Source: a virus (taxonomy: Duplodnaviria > Caudoviricetes). From it: a DNA stretch of 64,000 nt. Positions 28,363 through 37,302 of the stretch are shown piece by piece (the stretch's first letter is position 1; every line of letters starts with the position of its first letter). A program made the translations under genes and the position numbers. Where the stretch lies: IMG/VR virus record IMGVR_UViG_3300005602_000003, positions 878-64,877 of that record, one strand, 5' to 3'. Under the pieces are notes generated by a model. It worked only from the letters and a program-made list of their open reading frames with translations, did not search any database and was not told where the DNA came from.

Positions 28363-30393
28363 CTACCAAGTAAAAGCTGTTATCGCGACAATGTCACCAG
28401 TATTGGCCCCGCTCTCCGTCCAGTAGATGATCTGAGAGGTGACGAGCGCTATCCCCGGCAAAAGCGCACCAAACGCAGTCCCGAACAACGCTCCTGTAGA
28501 GGCGCCCTGTCCTTGTGCCCCAATGCCAGTACCGTCTCCCGCGGCCGTGACGGAGCCGCCATGCGAACTCACTGTTCCAACGATCGCATCCACCGTTTTA
28601 GTAACTGTTGCCGGCACACCCGAAGCTATGGATAGGCTGGTAAGTGTTGCCGACCCAGTCAAGCTTGACGATATGGTCTTCGGCGTCTGATACCAGAATT
28701 TTCGGCTCTGGATCAGACCGACCACGACATGCGCCGACCCGTCAGTCGGCCATATGCCGATAAGCGCCGAGGCAACGTAGCCGCTAGGCATGCTCGCGCC
28801 TGGATAGAGCGTCGAGCAGGCGTTGGTCGCAGCATTGGACCCTAGCACGGCGAACGTCGACCCGTCGCCTTTGGTGATTGAGTAGACGCAAATGAACCCC
28901 GAAGTCGGCGCCGAGCCGGTATCCATTCCATTGGCGCCGGTGTTCGTAATCGTCAACGTATGCGATGCGCTGGCTTCCTTGTAGATCGTGGCTCCCAGCG
29001 AGGTCTCGGTCAGTATCTCGTCAGCCGTAACCGTGAGAGTCGTCGTGCTGCCTTGGACGATCTTGAGATTGCGTGCATCTCCCGCTACGCCTTGAGGACA
29101 AGTTATGGTCGTACTCGCGCCGGAACAGCCGGCGATGGTCAAAGCCCCGGTCAGACCATTGACGGACGAGACCGTGGCGCCGGCAGCGACAGCAGAAACT
29201 GTAGTGTATTTGATCTGCCCCGACGCCGACACGTCTTGGATCATCACCAAATCACTAGCGCCGGGCGTAGCCTTCAGACTCAGGCTTCCGATCGTGAATG
29301 GGGCGTAGTTCGCCGATCCGCTGCTGACGTTGCCCAACAACGAATAGCCGGTCCCGTCCTGGACGATATTGGCGAGAGTAACGAAGTTGGAGCCGCTCAG
29401 TGTCGGCGAACCCGCAATTGTGCCCGATAGCGTAGCGCCGTTGATCGTCTTATTGGTCAAGGTCTGCGATGCCGCCAGCAACGTAACCGTGTCCGTCGCA
29501 GCCGGGAACGTGTATGTGTAGGCGCTGCCGGTCGGGAATGCCAGTGTTGGCGTAGCGGTTCCGGTCGTCGTCAGCGACGCAGCAAGTGTCAACGTGTTGG
29601 AATTGTTATTGACCCCGGTTCCGCCGAAGCCCGGGGCTAAGATAGTCCCTTGCCAGACTCCGGTAGCTATAGTGCCGACAGTCGTTAGCGAAGAATTGAC
29701 CACGTTGCTGGCAAGCGTGGTTCCGGTCAGCGTGTTGGCGGCCACTGACGCGATCCCCGCCGTAGAGATCGAGGTAATCAATCCCTTGTTGTTGACCGTG
29801 ACGATCGGAATGGCGACCGAAGATCCGAAAGTGCCGGTATCGGGGTTGACCGTCGCCAGAGTAGCTGCCGCCGAACCGGGTCCGGTAGCCGTCACGTCTC
29901 CGGTCAGTGCGCTGATCGAGGAGAGCGAACACGTCTGCTGCCCTACTACAGTGCCGTTGACAAAAAGACACGAACCATTGACCGGGCCGCCGTTGATCGG
30001 CGTGGTGCCGAGCGTGATCGTGCTCAAGGAACCAGGAAACGGATAACTGATGCCGTTGATCAGAAAATTGAGCGTCTCGGACGTGGCCCCACCGTAATTC
30101 TGCAGGGAGATTGTCGCGGGAGCCGAGCTGGAAACTGAGAAGCAGAGACTGTTATAGGCGCCGATGATTGGCGCGCTGTTGGCGCATAGCGCAGGACCGC
30201 CATTATTTGTAATTCCAAGACTCGTGAGGCCGTTCGGGTTGGCAGCCGTACCGCCGTCTTGAAGAATCCCGTTACTGGTCCAAACCGGAATGTGCCCCGG
30301 AGTCACGGAACCAGATTGTAAAATTTGAGAATACGCAGGAGGCGCAAGACCCCACAGCGCGAACGCGACAAGAAGGCGCTTGAGCACTTTCAC
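28363..30393 (-). CDS. Tail fibre-like protein with signal peptide
   Basis: MKVLKRLLVAFALWGLAPPAYSQ; fibre motifs LTGDVT, QTLTNKTI, VSSVNGLTGA, GANGMDTGSAP, MPSGYVASALI. Confidence 0.8.
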   Translation of the reverse strand: MKVLKRLLVAFALWGLAPPAYSQILQSGSVTPGHIPVWTSNGILQDGGTAANPNGLTSLGITNNGGPALCANSAPIIGAYNSLCFSVSSSAPATISLQNYGGATSETLNFLINGISYPFPGSLSTITLGTTPINGGPVNGSCLFVNGTVVGQQTCSLSSISALTGDVTATGPGSAAATLATVNPDTGTFGSSVAIPIVTVNNKGLITSISTAGIASVAANTLTGTTLASNVVNSSLTTVGTIATGVWQGTILAPGFGGTGVNNNSNTLTLAASLTTTGTATPTLAFPTGSAYTYTFPAATDTVTLLAASQTLTNKTINGATLSGTIAGSPTLSGSNFVTLANIVQDGTGYSLLGNVSSGSANYAPFTIGSLSLKATPGASDLVMIQDVSASGQIKYTTVSAVAAGATVSSVNGLTGALTIAGCSGASTTITCPQGVAGDARNLKIVQGSTTTLTVTADEILTETSLGATIYKEASASHTLTITNTGANGMDTGSAPTSGFICVYSITKGDGSTFAVLGSNAATNACSTLYPGASMPSGYVASALIGIWPTDGSAHVVVGLIQSRKFWYQTPKTISSSLTGSATLTSLSIASGVPATVTKTVDAIVGTVSSHGGSVTAAGDGTGIGAQGQGASTGALFGTAFGALLPGIALVTSQIIYWTESGANTGDIVAITAFTW

Positions 30394-30680
30394 TTCCTCC
30401 GCACGATCCAGTTCGCGGCGAGCACGAAGCTCGCGTAGATCGACAGGCTGATGATCTGGAACGTGTTGGGATCAGGCGTCTTGAACCAAAGCGCGAAGAC
30501 CGATCCGACCGTGATCAGGGTGAACAGCGACGCCAGGGCCACGAGGGATTTCTGGGAGAGCGTGCGCAGTGCCAGGAAAATGGCGTCCGTGGCGATCTTC
30601 TGCCCTACGGGCTCGACTTGCCCGCCGGCAGGCGGGTCAGCGGGCTCTTCGACCAATTGGAATCGCGCTGGTTCCGCCAT
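30390..30680 (-). CDS. Two-TM membrane protein
   Basis: Two hydrophobic helices. Confidence 0.65.
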   Translation of the reverse strand: MAEPARFQLVEEPADPPAGGQVEPVGQKIATDAIFLALRTLSQKSLVALASLFTLITVGSVFALWFKTPDPNTFQIISLSIYASFVLAANWIVRRK

Positions 30681-30927
30681 TTACCGGGTCTCTTTCTCGC
30701 CCGCCAACGGCGGGTGAAGCCCCGGCCTGAACGCGGGCGCGGTCGATCACTTCGGCGAACGACTGGGGCTCGTCGTCATCCCCGCCCTTCGCCTTGAGGT
30801 ATGCCGCATAGTAGGCGGTCAGCTTCCCAAGGCTGTCCAACCGGTCTTGGAGACTTACCCCGTCCTGTTGGGCTTCTTCGGCGATCTTGGATGCCAGGGC
30901 GTGGATGTCGGATTCGAAGTTGGCCAT
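30637..30927 (-). CDS. Hypothetical protein
   Basis: Directly abuts the upstream large gene. Confidence 0.6.
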   Translation of the reverse strand: MANFESDIHALASKIAEEAQQDGVSLQDRLDSLGKLTAYYAAYLKAKGGDDDEPQSFAEVIDRARVQAGASPAVGGRERDPVNGGTSAIPIGRRAR

Positions 30928-33900
30928 CTACTGCACCGGTATCGGCGACGTTCCAGCCGCGGTCGGAGTCTGGTAGATCGATTCACCCGCAGCCGCGCCC
31001 GCAACCCCGCCCTTCTGCATGACACGCTGCAACACCTCGCGCGAGCGCGCAACTGCCGCCGGGTCGCCTTTGAGGCCCTTCTGCACGAAGCGCATCAGCG
31101 CGGGGCTGTTCGAAAGGTCCGTGACCATCTTGAAATACTTGCCGAGCATCATACGAGCAACGGCGTCGAAGCCGGGGATCTTCGGCAGGTACTCGCCACC
31201 TTTACCAGCGATGCCGGACCACGGGTGCTCCACCTTGGCGGTGGCCGCCATCGACTTGCCGGGATTGTTAGGGTCGCGCACGCCGACCAGGTACGTCATC
31301 TCCTTGGCGAGCTGCTTCATCTCGTCGTAGCGCACGCCCGGGAACATGATCCGCTGCACTTCCTCGCTGACGCCGCCTTTACCCGCGGTGCCGCCGAGCC
31401 GTTGGCCGGGCTCCAGCGTGCCGCGCAGGATGCGTTGCACCCACACCTGCCGCAGGGCATTGAACTCAGGCGACTCGCGACCGAAGCGCGCCTCCGCGGC
31501 CAGGATCAAATCCTCGTTGTTGAGGATGCGATCGACCGCCTCGGATGCGCCTGTGGTGATGTCGTACAGGAAGCCCAATGGGTCCTGCTTCTGACGCAGC
31601 CGCATCTTCGACGCGTCGCGCTTGGCTTCCTGCTCGGCCTTGCGCATCTCGCCGTTGAGCGTCTTGAGCGGGTCAGCCTTGGCCTGGGCCTTGGCAGCGT
31701 CTGAAGCCAACCGGGCACGTTGGATCACGTCCGTCACGGTGTCGCCGGGACGTACCGGGATGTCGAGCTTGCCATCCAGCATGGCAATACGCCGCACCTG
31801 CTCCAGCAGGTTCTGGGTCACTTCACGGCCATGCACGGTCTCCAGCACGCCGCTGTGGTAGCGATCGAGCACATTGCGTGAGAACGCCGAGCCGTCGATC
31901 ACGTCCGGGGTCGTCTTGGACATGCTCGACTGCATCAGGTCGCGCATGTCGGCCGCACGCACGCCAGCCCACAGATTGGGTCCAATCATGTTGCGGATGC
32001 GGTTGGTCAGGTCGGTGTGGCCTTCCTTGACGATCGCCTTGTAGAGCACGTTCGGATCGGCCGGCTCGCCAGCTTCGAGCCCCTTGGTGATCGCTTTGAT
32101 GTTGTTGGCCTCGAAGATCCGCATGTTCTCGCGATAAAACGCATCGGCGCGATCGAGCTGCCCAGCCGCCGCCTGGAGCTCGGGCGACGCCGCCGGATCA
32201 TGAAGTGCGTCGTCGACGCGGTTGGCGAAGAACTTGTAGGTGCCGTTCTTGATGTCGGAATTGAGCCGATACCAGTCCGCGTTGGACCGCATCTGCGAGC
32301 GCAGATTGTGCAACTGCCCGAAGGTCGGCTGCGCCGGCTCCCTGATCCACTCGCCAGTCTCGGGATCGCGTTCGCCCGCCATGGCGCGAAGCTGGCGCAC
32401 GATGCCGGGCTGGTTACGCTGGAAGTCCTCCGGCAGCTCGTTGGCGAACTGCTCGGCAAGCTCGGGCAGTCCTTCGACGTTGGGCAGGTGCCCTTCGGCA
32501 AGCTGGTCGGCCTGATTATACATCGTGTTGGCGCGTTCCTGCACGCCACGCCGCACTGCCACGAGCTGGTCGCCGACCATCTGCCAGAGGTCGCCACTAT
32601 TGTGCCCGGCGCCAGCCGTACGCGCGGCCTGCTCGATCGACTGGTTGATATGCTGGTAGCCCTGGTCGATCAGGGCCTGCGCGGCGCGCTGCGCGTCCTC
32701 GGCCGCCAGGGACAAGGCCTCGCGCTGGGCTCCCGCCACCGTCCTGTCCACAAGCCCGCCGGTCTTGCGCGCCGCGATGGCGGCTTGCAGCTTGGCGTCC
32801 GCCTGCGCCGACTCGGCCAGCGTCTTGCGCAATATTATTTCGCCAGCCTCCTTGGTCGGCACCGCCGCGGTCGGGTCGACCACCGACTTCGGCGGCGTGG
32901 CGCCTGTCATCTCGATGATATTCTTCGCCTGGTCCTCGTAATGGCGGGTCGCCGACTGCATCAGCGGCTTCTGGGTACGGAACGCCGGGTCGAACGCCTC
33001 CGCCACGTTGATGACGTGCGGCAACTCAGGCGCCCACATGGAAGGCGGCACCAGGACGCCCTTCTCCCGGAGCGCGATCGCGGTTTCCAGACCTTCCGGG
33101 GCTTCCGTGGCGCCTGATATCCTGGCGGCCAGTGCCGGTAGCGCATTCGTGACCTTGCCCTTGAGGTACGGATAGGCGCCCGCAACGCCACGCCCGATCG
33201 CCGAGCCCGCGCCTGCCGTGCCGGCTGCGAAGCCCAGGTTCTCGGCTTCCTCGCCGCCCGTACGGTCGTAGACGCCCGCGAGCTGCAGAATGGCGTCGTT
33301 GAACGCCTGTCCGGCGCCGGCGCCAGCCGCTGCCCCGGCAATGCCGCCGGCCACGCCACCCGCCACCGTGCCGGCCACAGGGACCGCGCTGCCGCCAACC
33401 GCGCCGCCCGCGCCGCCGACCAATTCACCCGCGAGGGAACCCAGTACCGGGGCCGCTTGAGAGGTCAGGAAGCCGCCTGTGGCCTGCGCACCGTGCCCCG
33501 GCTTGCGCATCTTGCCGCCCTCGTCCTCGACATAGAGCTCGCCCGTGGGGGTCTCCTTGACCTTGCCAGGGTAAGAGCGCTCCAGCGCCTTGCGGCGCTC
33601 CTTGTCGTTGACCGACATGTCGTAGAGGGTCTGCGCCGTGAAATCGATCGGCTCGTACTTGGGTTTCTGGCGGGTCTGCCCCTGCGGGTCGACATAGGAC
33701 TCGCCCTCCGGCACGGCATCATAATCGGCGTCGCCACTGACCGTGTACTGCTTGCGCCGGGTCTTGCCCTCGGGGTCCACGTAGGTCGAACCGGGCTTGA
33801 GGGCCGCGTAGCCGTCCTCGTCCTTGATGGTCGGCACCCGATCCTGGAACGCTTCGCCGGCCTCGGCGCCCTTGCGGGTGACGGGACCGAAATATGCCTT

Positions 33901-33975
33901 GGAAGGGTCGTCCCCGCCCGCCGCGGGCGGAGTGACTTGTCCCGCGTCAGCGGGATCGATATCAGGGTCCGGCAT
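30928..33975 (-). CDS. Large internal virion/DNA ejection protein
   Basis: 1015 aa, helical, Gly/Ala hydrophobic stretch, repeated YVDPxGxTRxK; podovirus ejection-gene position. Confidence 0.7.
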   Translation of the reverse strand: MPDPDIDPADAGQVTPPAAGGDDPSKAYFGPVTRKGAEAGEAFQDRVPTIKDEDGYAALKPGSTYVDPEGKTRRKQYTVSGDADYDAVPEGESYVDPQGQTRQKPKYEPIDFTAQTLYDMSVNDKERRKALERSYPGKVKETPTGELYVEDEGGKMRKPGHGAQATGGFLTSQAAPVLGSLAGELVGGAGGAVGGSAVPVAGTVAGGVAGGIAGAAAGAGAGQAFNDAILQLAGVYDRTGGEEAENLGFAAGTAGAGSAIGRGVAGAYPYLKGKVTNALPALAARISGATEAPEGLETAIALREKGVLVPPSMWAPELPHVINVAEAFDPAFRTQKPLMQSATRHYEDQAKNIIEMTGATPPKSVVDPTAAVPTKEAGEIILRKTLAESAQADAKLQAAIAARKTGGLVDRTVAGAQREALSLAAEDAQRAAQALIDQGYQHINQSIEQAARTAGAGHNSGDLWQMVGDQLVAVRRGVQERANTMYNQADQLAEGHLPNVEGLPELAEQFANELPEDFQRNQPGIVRQLRAMAGERDPETGEWIREPAQPTFGQLHNLRSQMRSNADWYRLNSDIKNGTYKFFANRVDDALHDPAASPELQAAAGQLDRADAFYRENMRIFEANNIKAITKGLEAGEPADPNVLYKAIVKEGHTDLTNRIRNMIGPNLWAGVRAADMRDLMQSSMSKTTPDVIDGSAFSRNVLDRYHSGVLETVHGREVTQNLLEQVRRIAMLDGKLDIPVRPGDTVTDVIQRARLASDAAKAQAKADPLKTLNGEMRKAEQEAKRDASKMRLRQKQDPLGFLYDITTGASEAVDRILNNEDLILAAEARFGRESPEFNALRQVWVQRILRGTLEPGQRLGGTAGKGGVSEEVQRIMFPGVRYDEMKQLAKEMTYLVGVRDPNNPGKSMAATAKVEHPWSGIAGKGGEYLPKIPGFDAVARMMLGKYFKMVTDLSNSPALMRFVQKGLKGDPAAVARSREVLQRVMQKGGVAGAAAGESIYQTPTAAGTSPIPVQ

Positions 33976-35630
33976 TACTGCACCACCGGATCATTGGCCC
34001 ACGGCGCCGCTTTCGGAGCGGCAGGAGGCGTGGCAGTAGCGGGGCTTGACCCGCCGGAGGCGGGTTGGCGCTTCTTCGCGTCCGCCTGCATCTTCTGGTA
34101 CAGCGTCTTGAGCTCTTTCAGCGACCGCAGCGTGTTGGCGGTCGTGTCGCCCATATTCAGGCCCGCAATGATGTCGTTGATCCGCGACGACTCCGAAGCC
34201 AGCGGCCGGCCCGCGCGGTCGAACAAGAGTTGTGGGGCCACGGCTTGCAGGTACTCGATGTCGCGCGACATCTGCACCCGGTCAGTGTCGTTGGAGCCGA
34301 AAAGGTCACGTACGCGCTCGGCCGTCCTGGTTGCCTTGCCGGCGATGCCCGCCGCGCCAACATACTTATCCAACACGCCGGTCACGCCGTCGATCTTGGC
34401 CATCGAGTTATCGTACATCTCGATATGCGACTCGTCCTTCTCACGCTGGTTCCCGGTAACGCCGGCCGACTCGGTGCGAAGCTGGCTGCGTCGCTGCGCC
34501 GACAGATCAGCGATCTCTTCCTCTGACTTGCCCTCTTGGCGCCACTTGGCCTCCTCGCTCTGCACGGCACGCTCGATGTCGCGATCGGCCGTGGTGACGC
34601 CCGCCGTGCCCGGCAGTTTCTTCAGGCTCTGCCCAAACGCCGTATAATCCTTGAACCACTGTCCGAGCTTCGCCTGGTCGTCGCCGGGCGGCATCGGATG
34701 GCTCAGCATCCAATTCACAAGCTGCTGCTGGTCCGCGTTGGTCTTGCCAATCCCGTGGGTGTTGTTCCACAGGTTCATGACCACGTTGGGATCCTGCTTC
34801 TGCTCGGGCGTCAGCTTCTCGTAGTTCTGCTGGTACGCCCATCCCCGCATATGATAGTCGTCCGACTTCTCGGACAAGTCCTGAATCCCCTCAGCATATT
34901 TGAGCCGGTTGGCCTTGAGCTTGTCGGCCTCGTCCCACATGCCGTTGTCGATGAAGAACAGCATCTGCTGGTCGCCGAAGCGTTGCGCGGCTTCCTTGGA
35001 CTTGATGGCGCCCAGCGTGATGTCGGTGTCCAGCAGCTTGAACACGTCCTCGTATGTCTGGTGCTGCATCTGCTGACGCTTGACCGCCAGCTCCGTGTTT
35101 TCCTTCCAGGCTGTGAACGCGCGCTTATACTCCTCGTCCTTGCCGTCCTTGATGGCGTTCATGGCGGCGGCCGAACCGTTGAGCGCGTTGATCATCGGCT
35201 GGTGCGTGAATGCGCTCGCGAGCGTCGCGAAGATCACGCCGAGCGAGCCGAACGACTGCAAGGGCTTGGCGGCGTACTTCTCCTTCTGGGCCTCCTCGTT
35301 CCAGTCGTGGATGTCCTGCGGGGCGTGCGCCTCCTGGGCCTGAGCCTTCTCCAGCCGCTGGCGATCCTGCGCCACCAGCCGATCGGTCTTGGAATTCTGC
35401 GCGTCTTCCTGGGCGATATGCTGCCGGTAGAGATCGGCGCCGCCCGAGTAGATATCCGATCCGCCGCTGATCGGATCGCCACCAGTCTTGGAAGGAAGCG
35501 TCTTGTCCCGCGGCGCGGGAGGAGTCATGGAATCAATCGAGTTCGGCACCCCGGCCACGGACGGAGCCGGCGCGTTGACGCCGTCGTATGACCAGCCTTG
35601 CGACGCGATATCGGTTTGCGGTTCAGCCAC
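33975..35630 (-). CDS. Internal virion/ejection protein
   Basis: 551 aa, helical and Gln/Lys-rich; synteny. Confidence 0.65.
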   Translation of the reverse strand: MAEPQTDIASQGWSYDGVNAPAPSVAGVPNSIDSMTPPAPRDKTLPSKTGGDPISGGSDIYSGGADLYRQHIAQEDAQNSKTDRLVAQDRQRLEKAQAQEAHAPQDIHDWNEEAQKEKYAAKPLQSFGSLGVIFATLASAFTHQPMINALNGSAAAMNAIKDGKDEEYKRAFTAWKENTELAVKRQQMQHQTYEDVFKLLDTDITLGAIKSKEAAQRFGDQQMLFFIDNGMWDEADKLKANRLKYAEGIQDLSEKSDDYHMRGWAYQQNYEKLTPEQKQDPNVVMNLWNNTHGIGKTNADQQQLVNWMLSHPMPPGDDQAKLGQWFKDYTAFGQSLKKLPGTAGVTTADRDIERAVQSEEAKWRQEGKSEEEIADLSAQRRSQLRTESAGVTGNQREKDESHIEMYDNSMAKIDGVTGVLDKYVGAAGIAGKATRTAERVRDLFGSNDTDRVQMSRDIEYLQAVAPQLLFDRAGRPLASESSRINDIIAGLNMGDTTANTLRSLKELKTLYQKMQADAKKRQPASGGSSPATATPPAAPKAAPWANDPVVQ

Positions 35631-35801
35631 GAGCCTTCACTACCTCGGTTTTCCATCTCTTACGCTTAAAATACGCGCTCAACCATGCCGGATCTTTACC
35701 AACAGTCCACTTCAAGATTGGCGCCGCGAAAGTCACTCGCCGATCGGTGAGCACGAAGCCAGCGCAAAAGTGTGGAGCCGTCACTCGAACGAGCGTCTCC
35801 A

Positions 35802-36470
35802 TTACGCAAACGCCAATTTACCGAGTGCGCCCGCAAAGGCCGCTATGGCTTGGCCGGTCGCGGCCTGCTGTTGCTGTTGCGCCTGCCCGAGCGCAATCAA
35901 GTCCTGGTTCTGCAACCCCGCGTACTGGGCGCCCGAGCTGATCAGCCCCTGGCCGGTCTGGGCGAGCTGCGTTTCCAACTGGCCCTGCAGCGTCAAGCCC
36001 TGCTCGCTCTGGAAGTTCAAGTCCTGGGTCAAGGCACTGTTCTGGGTCGGGTTCGCGTTGCCGGTCGTGTTGGCGGCCTGCTGCACGGTCGATGCTTTGG
36101 CCGCCGCCACCTTCTGATCGACCGCGGCCTGGAGCGCAGGCGGGAGTGTCCCCTGCGTCAAGTAGCTCTCCAGGCCTTGCCCCTGCTGGGTGAGGCTGGT
36201 GGCTTGAGCGCCTGCCGCTGACGCGGCTCCCGAAAGCGTGTTTTCCTGCTGGGTTGGCTGGTTGCCTTGGAAGATGTCGTACAGCAGCGCGCCGCCGGCT
36301 ACGCCCGCGCCGAGTTCGGCGCCGGTATTGCCACCGAAGATGCTGCTCAACGGATTTGATCCGCCCCCGCCGGAGGGAGCCGCGCCCGGATATCCGCCAG
36401 CCCCTTGGGTCGAGATATTGCCGCCCGAGAAAGCGTCAAATTGGTCGGAGCCACTGTCGATGAAGCTCAT
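35802..36470 (-). CDS. Small ejection (pilot) protein
   Basis: Gly/Ala/Gln-rich; synteny. Confidence 0.6.
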   Translation of the reverse strand: MSFIDSGSDQFDAFSGGNISTQGAGGYPGAAPSGGGGSNPLSSIFGGNTGAELGAGVAGGALLYDIFQGNQPTQQENTLSGAASAAGAQATSLTQQGQGLESYLTQGTLPPALQAAVDQKVAAAKASTVQQAANTTGNANPTQNSALTQDLNFQSEQGLTLQGQLETQLAQTGQGLISSGAQYAGLQNQDLIALGQAQQQQQAATGQAIAAFAGALGKLAFA

Positions 36471-36488
36471 GAATCCTCGCTTGCCCGC

Positions 36489-36929
36489 TCACAAGCGGGC
36501 GAAAAATTGCTTGCGCTCGTACACCCGGCCGACCTCTTCCTTGATCAAGTCGTGCGGCACGTCGGTCATCTCCTCGACGATCAGGATCTTGGCCTGCTGC
36601 GCCACCGCCCACGACTTGAAGTGAGCGTAGAAGCTGGCCGCTTCCTTCTCGAAGCCTTCCTCGGCGAACACGAAACGCTCGCGCACGATCAGGCTTGGAT
36701 CGAGCGTCTCCTCACGCATCGCCTGCGCCAACGCGACACCGTGCTCCTGGTACAGGAACAGGAACTCGTTGGACACGATGATGCCCTTGAGCCAGGTCAG
36801 GATCTGAGGCTCGGACAGGTGCGGCCGAACTTTCTGCAGACGCTTCATGATCCAGCCACCGTGCTTCTGGAGGTCGGCCATGCCGAATTTACGCGTGACG
36901 AGCGGGCGTTCGATCTCGACAACTGACAT
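36489..36929 (-). CDS. Tail-assembly protein, possibly GNAT-like
   Basis: Position between nozzle and ejection genes; size and pattern typical. Confidence 0.5.
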   Translation of the reverse strand: MSVVEIERPLVTRKFGMADLQKHGGWIMKRLQKVRPHLSEPQILTWLKGIIVSNEFLFLYQEHGVALAQAMREETLDPSLIVRERFVFAEEGFEKEAASFYAHFKSWAVAQQAKILIVEEMTDVPHDLIKEEVGRVYERKQFFARL

Positions 36930-37276
36930 CACGAAACTCCCAAAAGGCTGCTGGCGGCTTGATGTTCGTTGTAATGCGTCTGCACCCACTGGGCAAGCTG
37001 GTTCGGCTCGTTCCAGTCAAGCTCGTTCAAAGCGTAACTGGGCAGGCCGAGCGCGCTGTCCATCGCGGTGTGCATTTGCTGGTGCAGCTCCAAAAATGCG
37101 TCGAAACTGGCCTTGTTATTCGGATCGAACGGCTGCAAGGCATACTCGGTCAGGTCGACGCCTCTGGTAGCCAGTGTCAGCCGAATAATGTCCCGATGGT
37201 TCGCCACATTGGCGAACTGCCACGCCTGCAAGTCGGCGTTGGTCTTCGGGACGGCAGCAAGCTGGGCAAGCGGCAT
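36929..37276 (-). CDS. His-rich virion-module hypothetical protein
   Basis: LELHQQMH...WVQTHYNEH. Confidence 0.65.
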   Translation of the reverse strand: MPLAQLAAVPKTNADLQAWQFANVANHRDIIRLTLATRGVDLTEYALQPFDPNNKASFDAFLELHQQMHTAMDSALGLPSYALNELDWNEPNQLAQWVQTHYNEHQAASSLLGVS

Positions 37277-37302
37277 TTTGATCCTCGACCCGCGTCAGCG
37301 GG

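Noticed and set aside
30928-33975. N4-like virion RNA polymerase to read the hairpins
   Set aside because: The protein is only 1015 aa and shows no recognisable RNA polymerase motifs.
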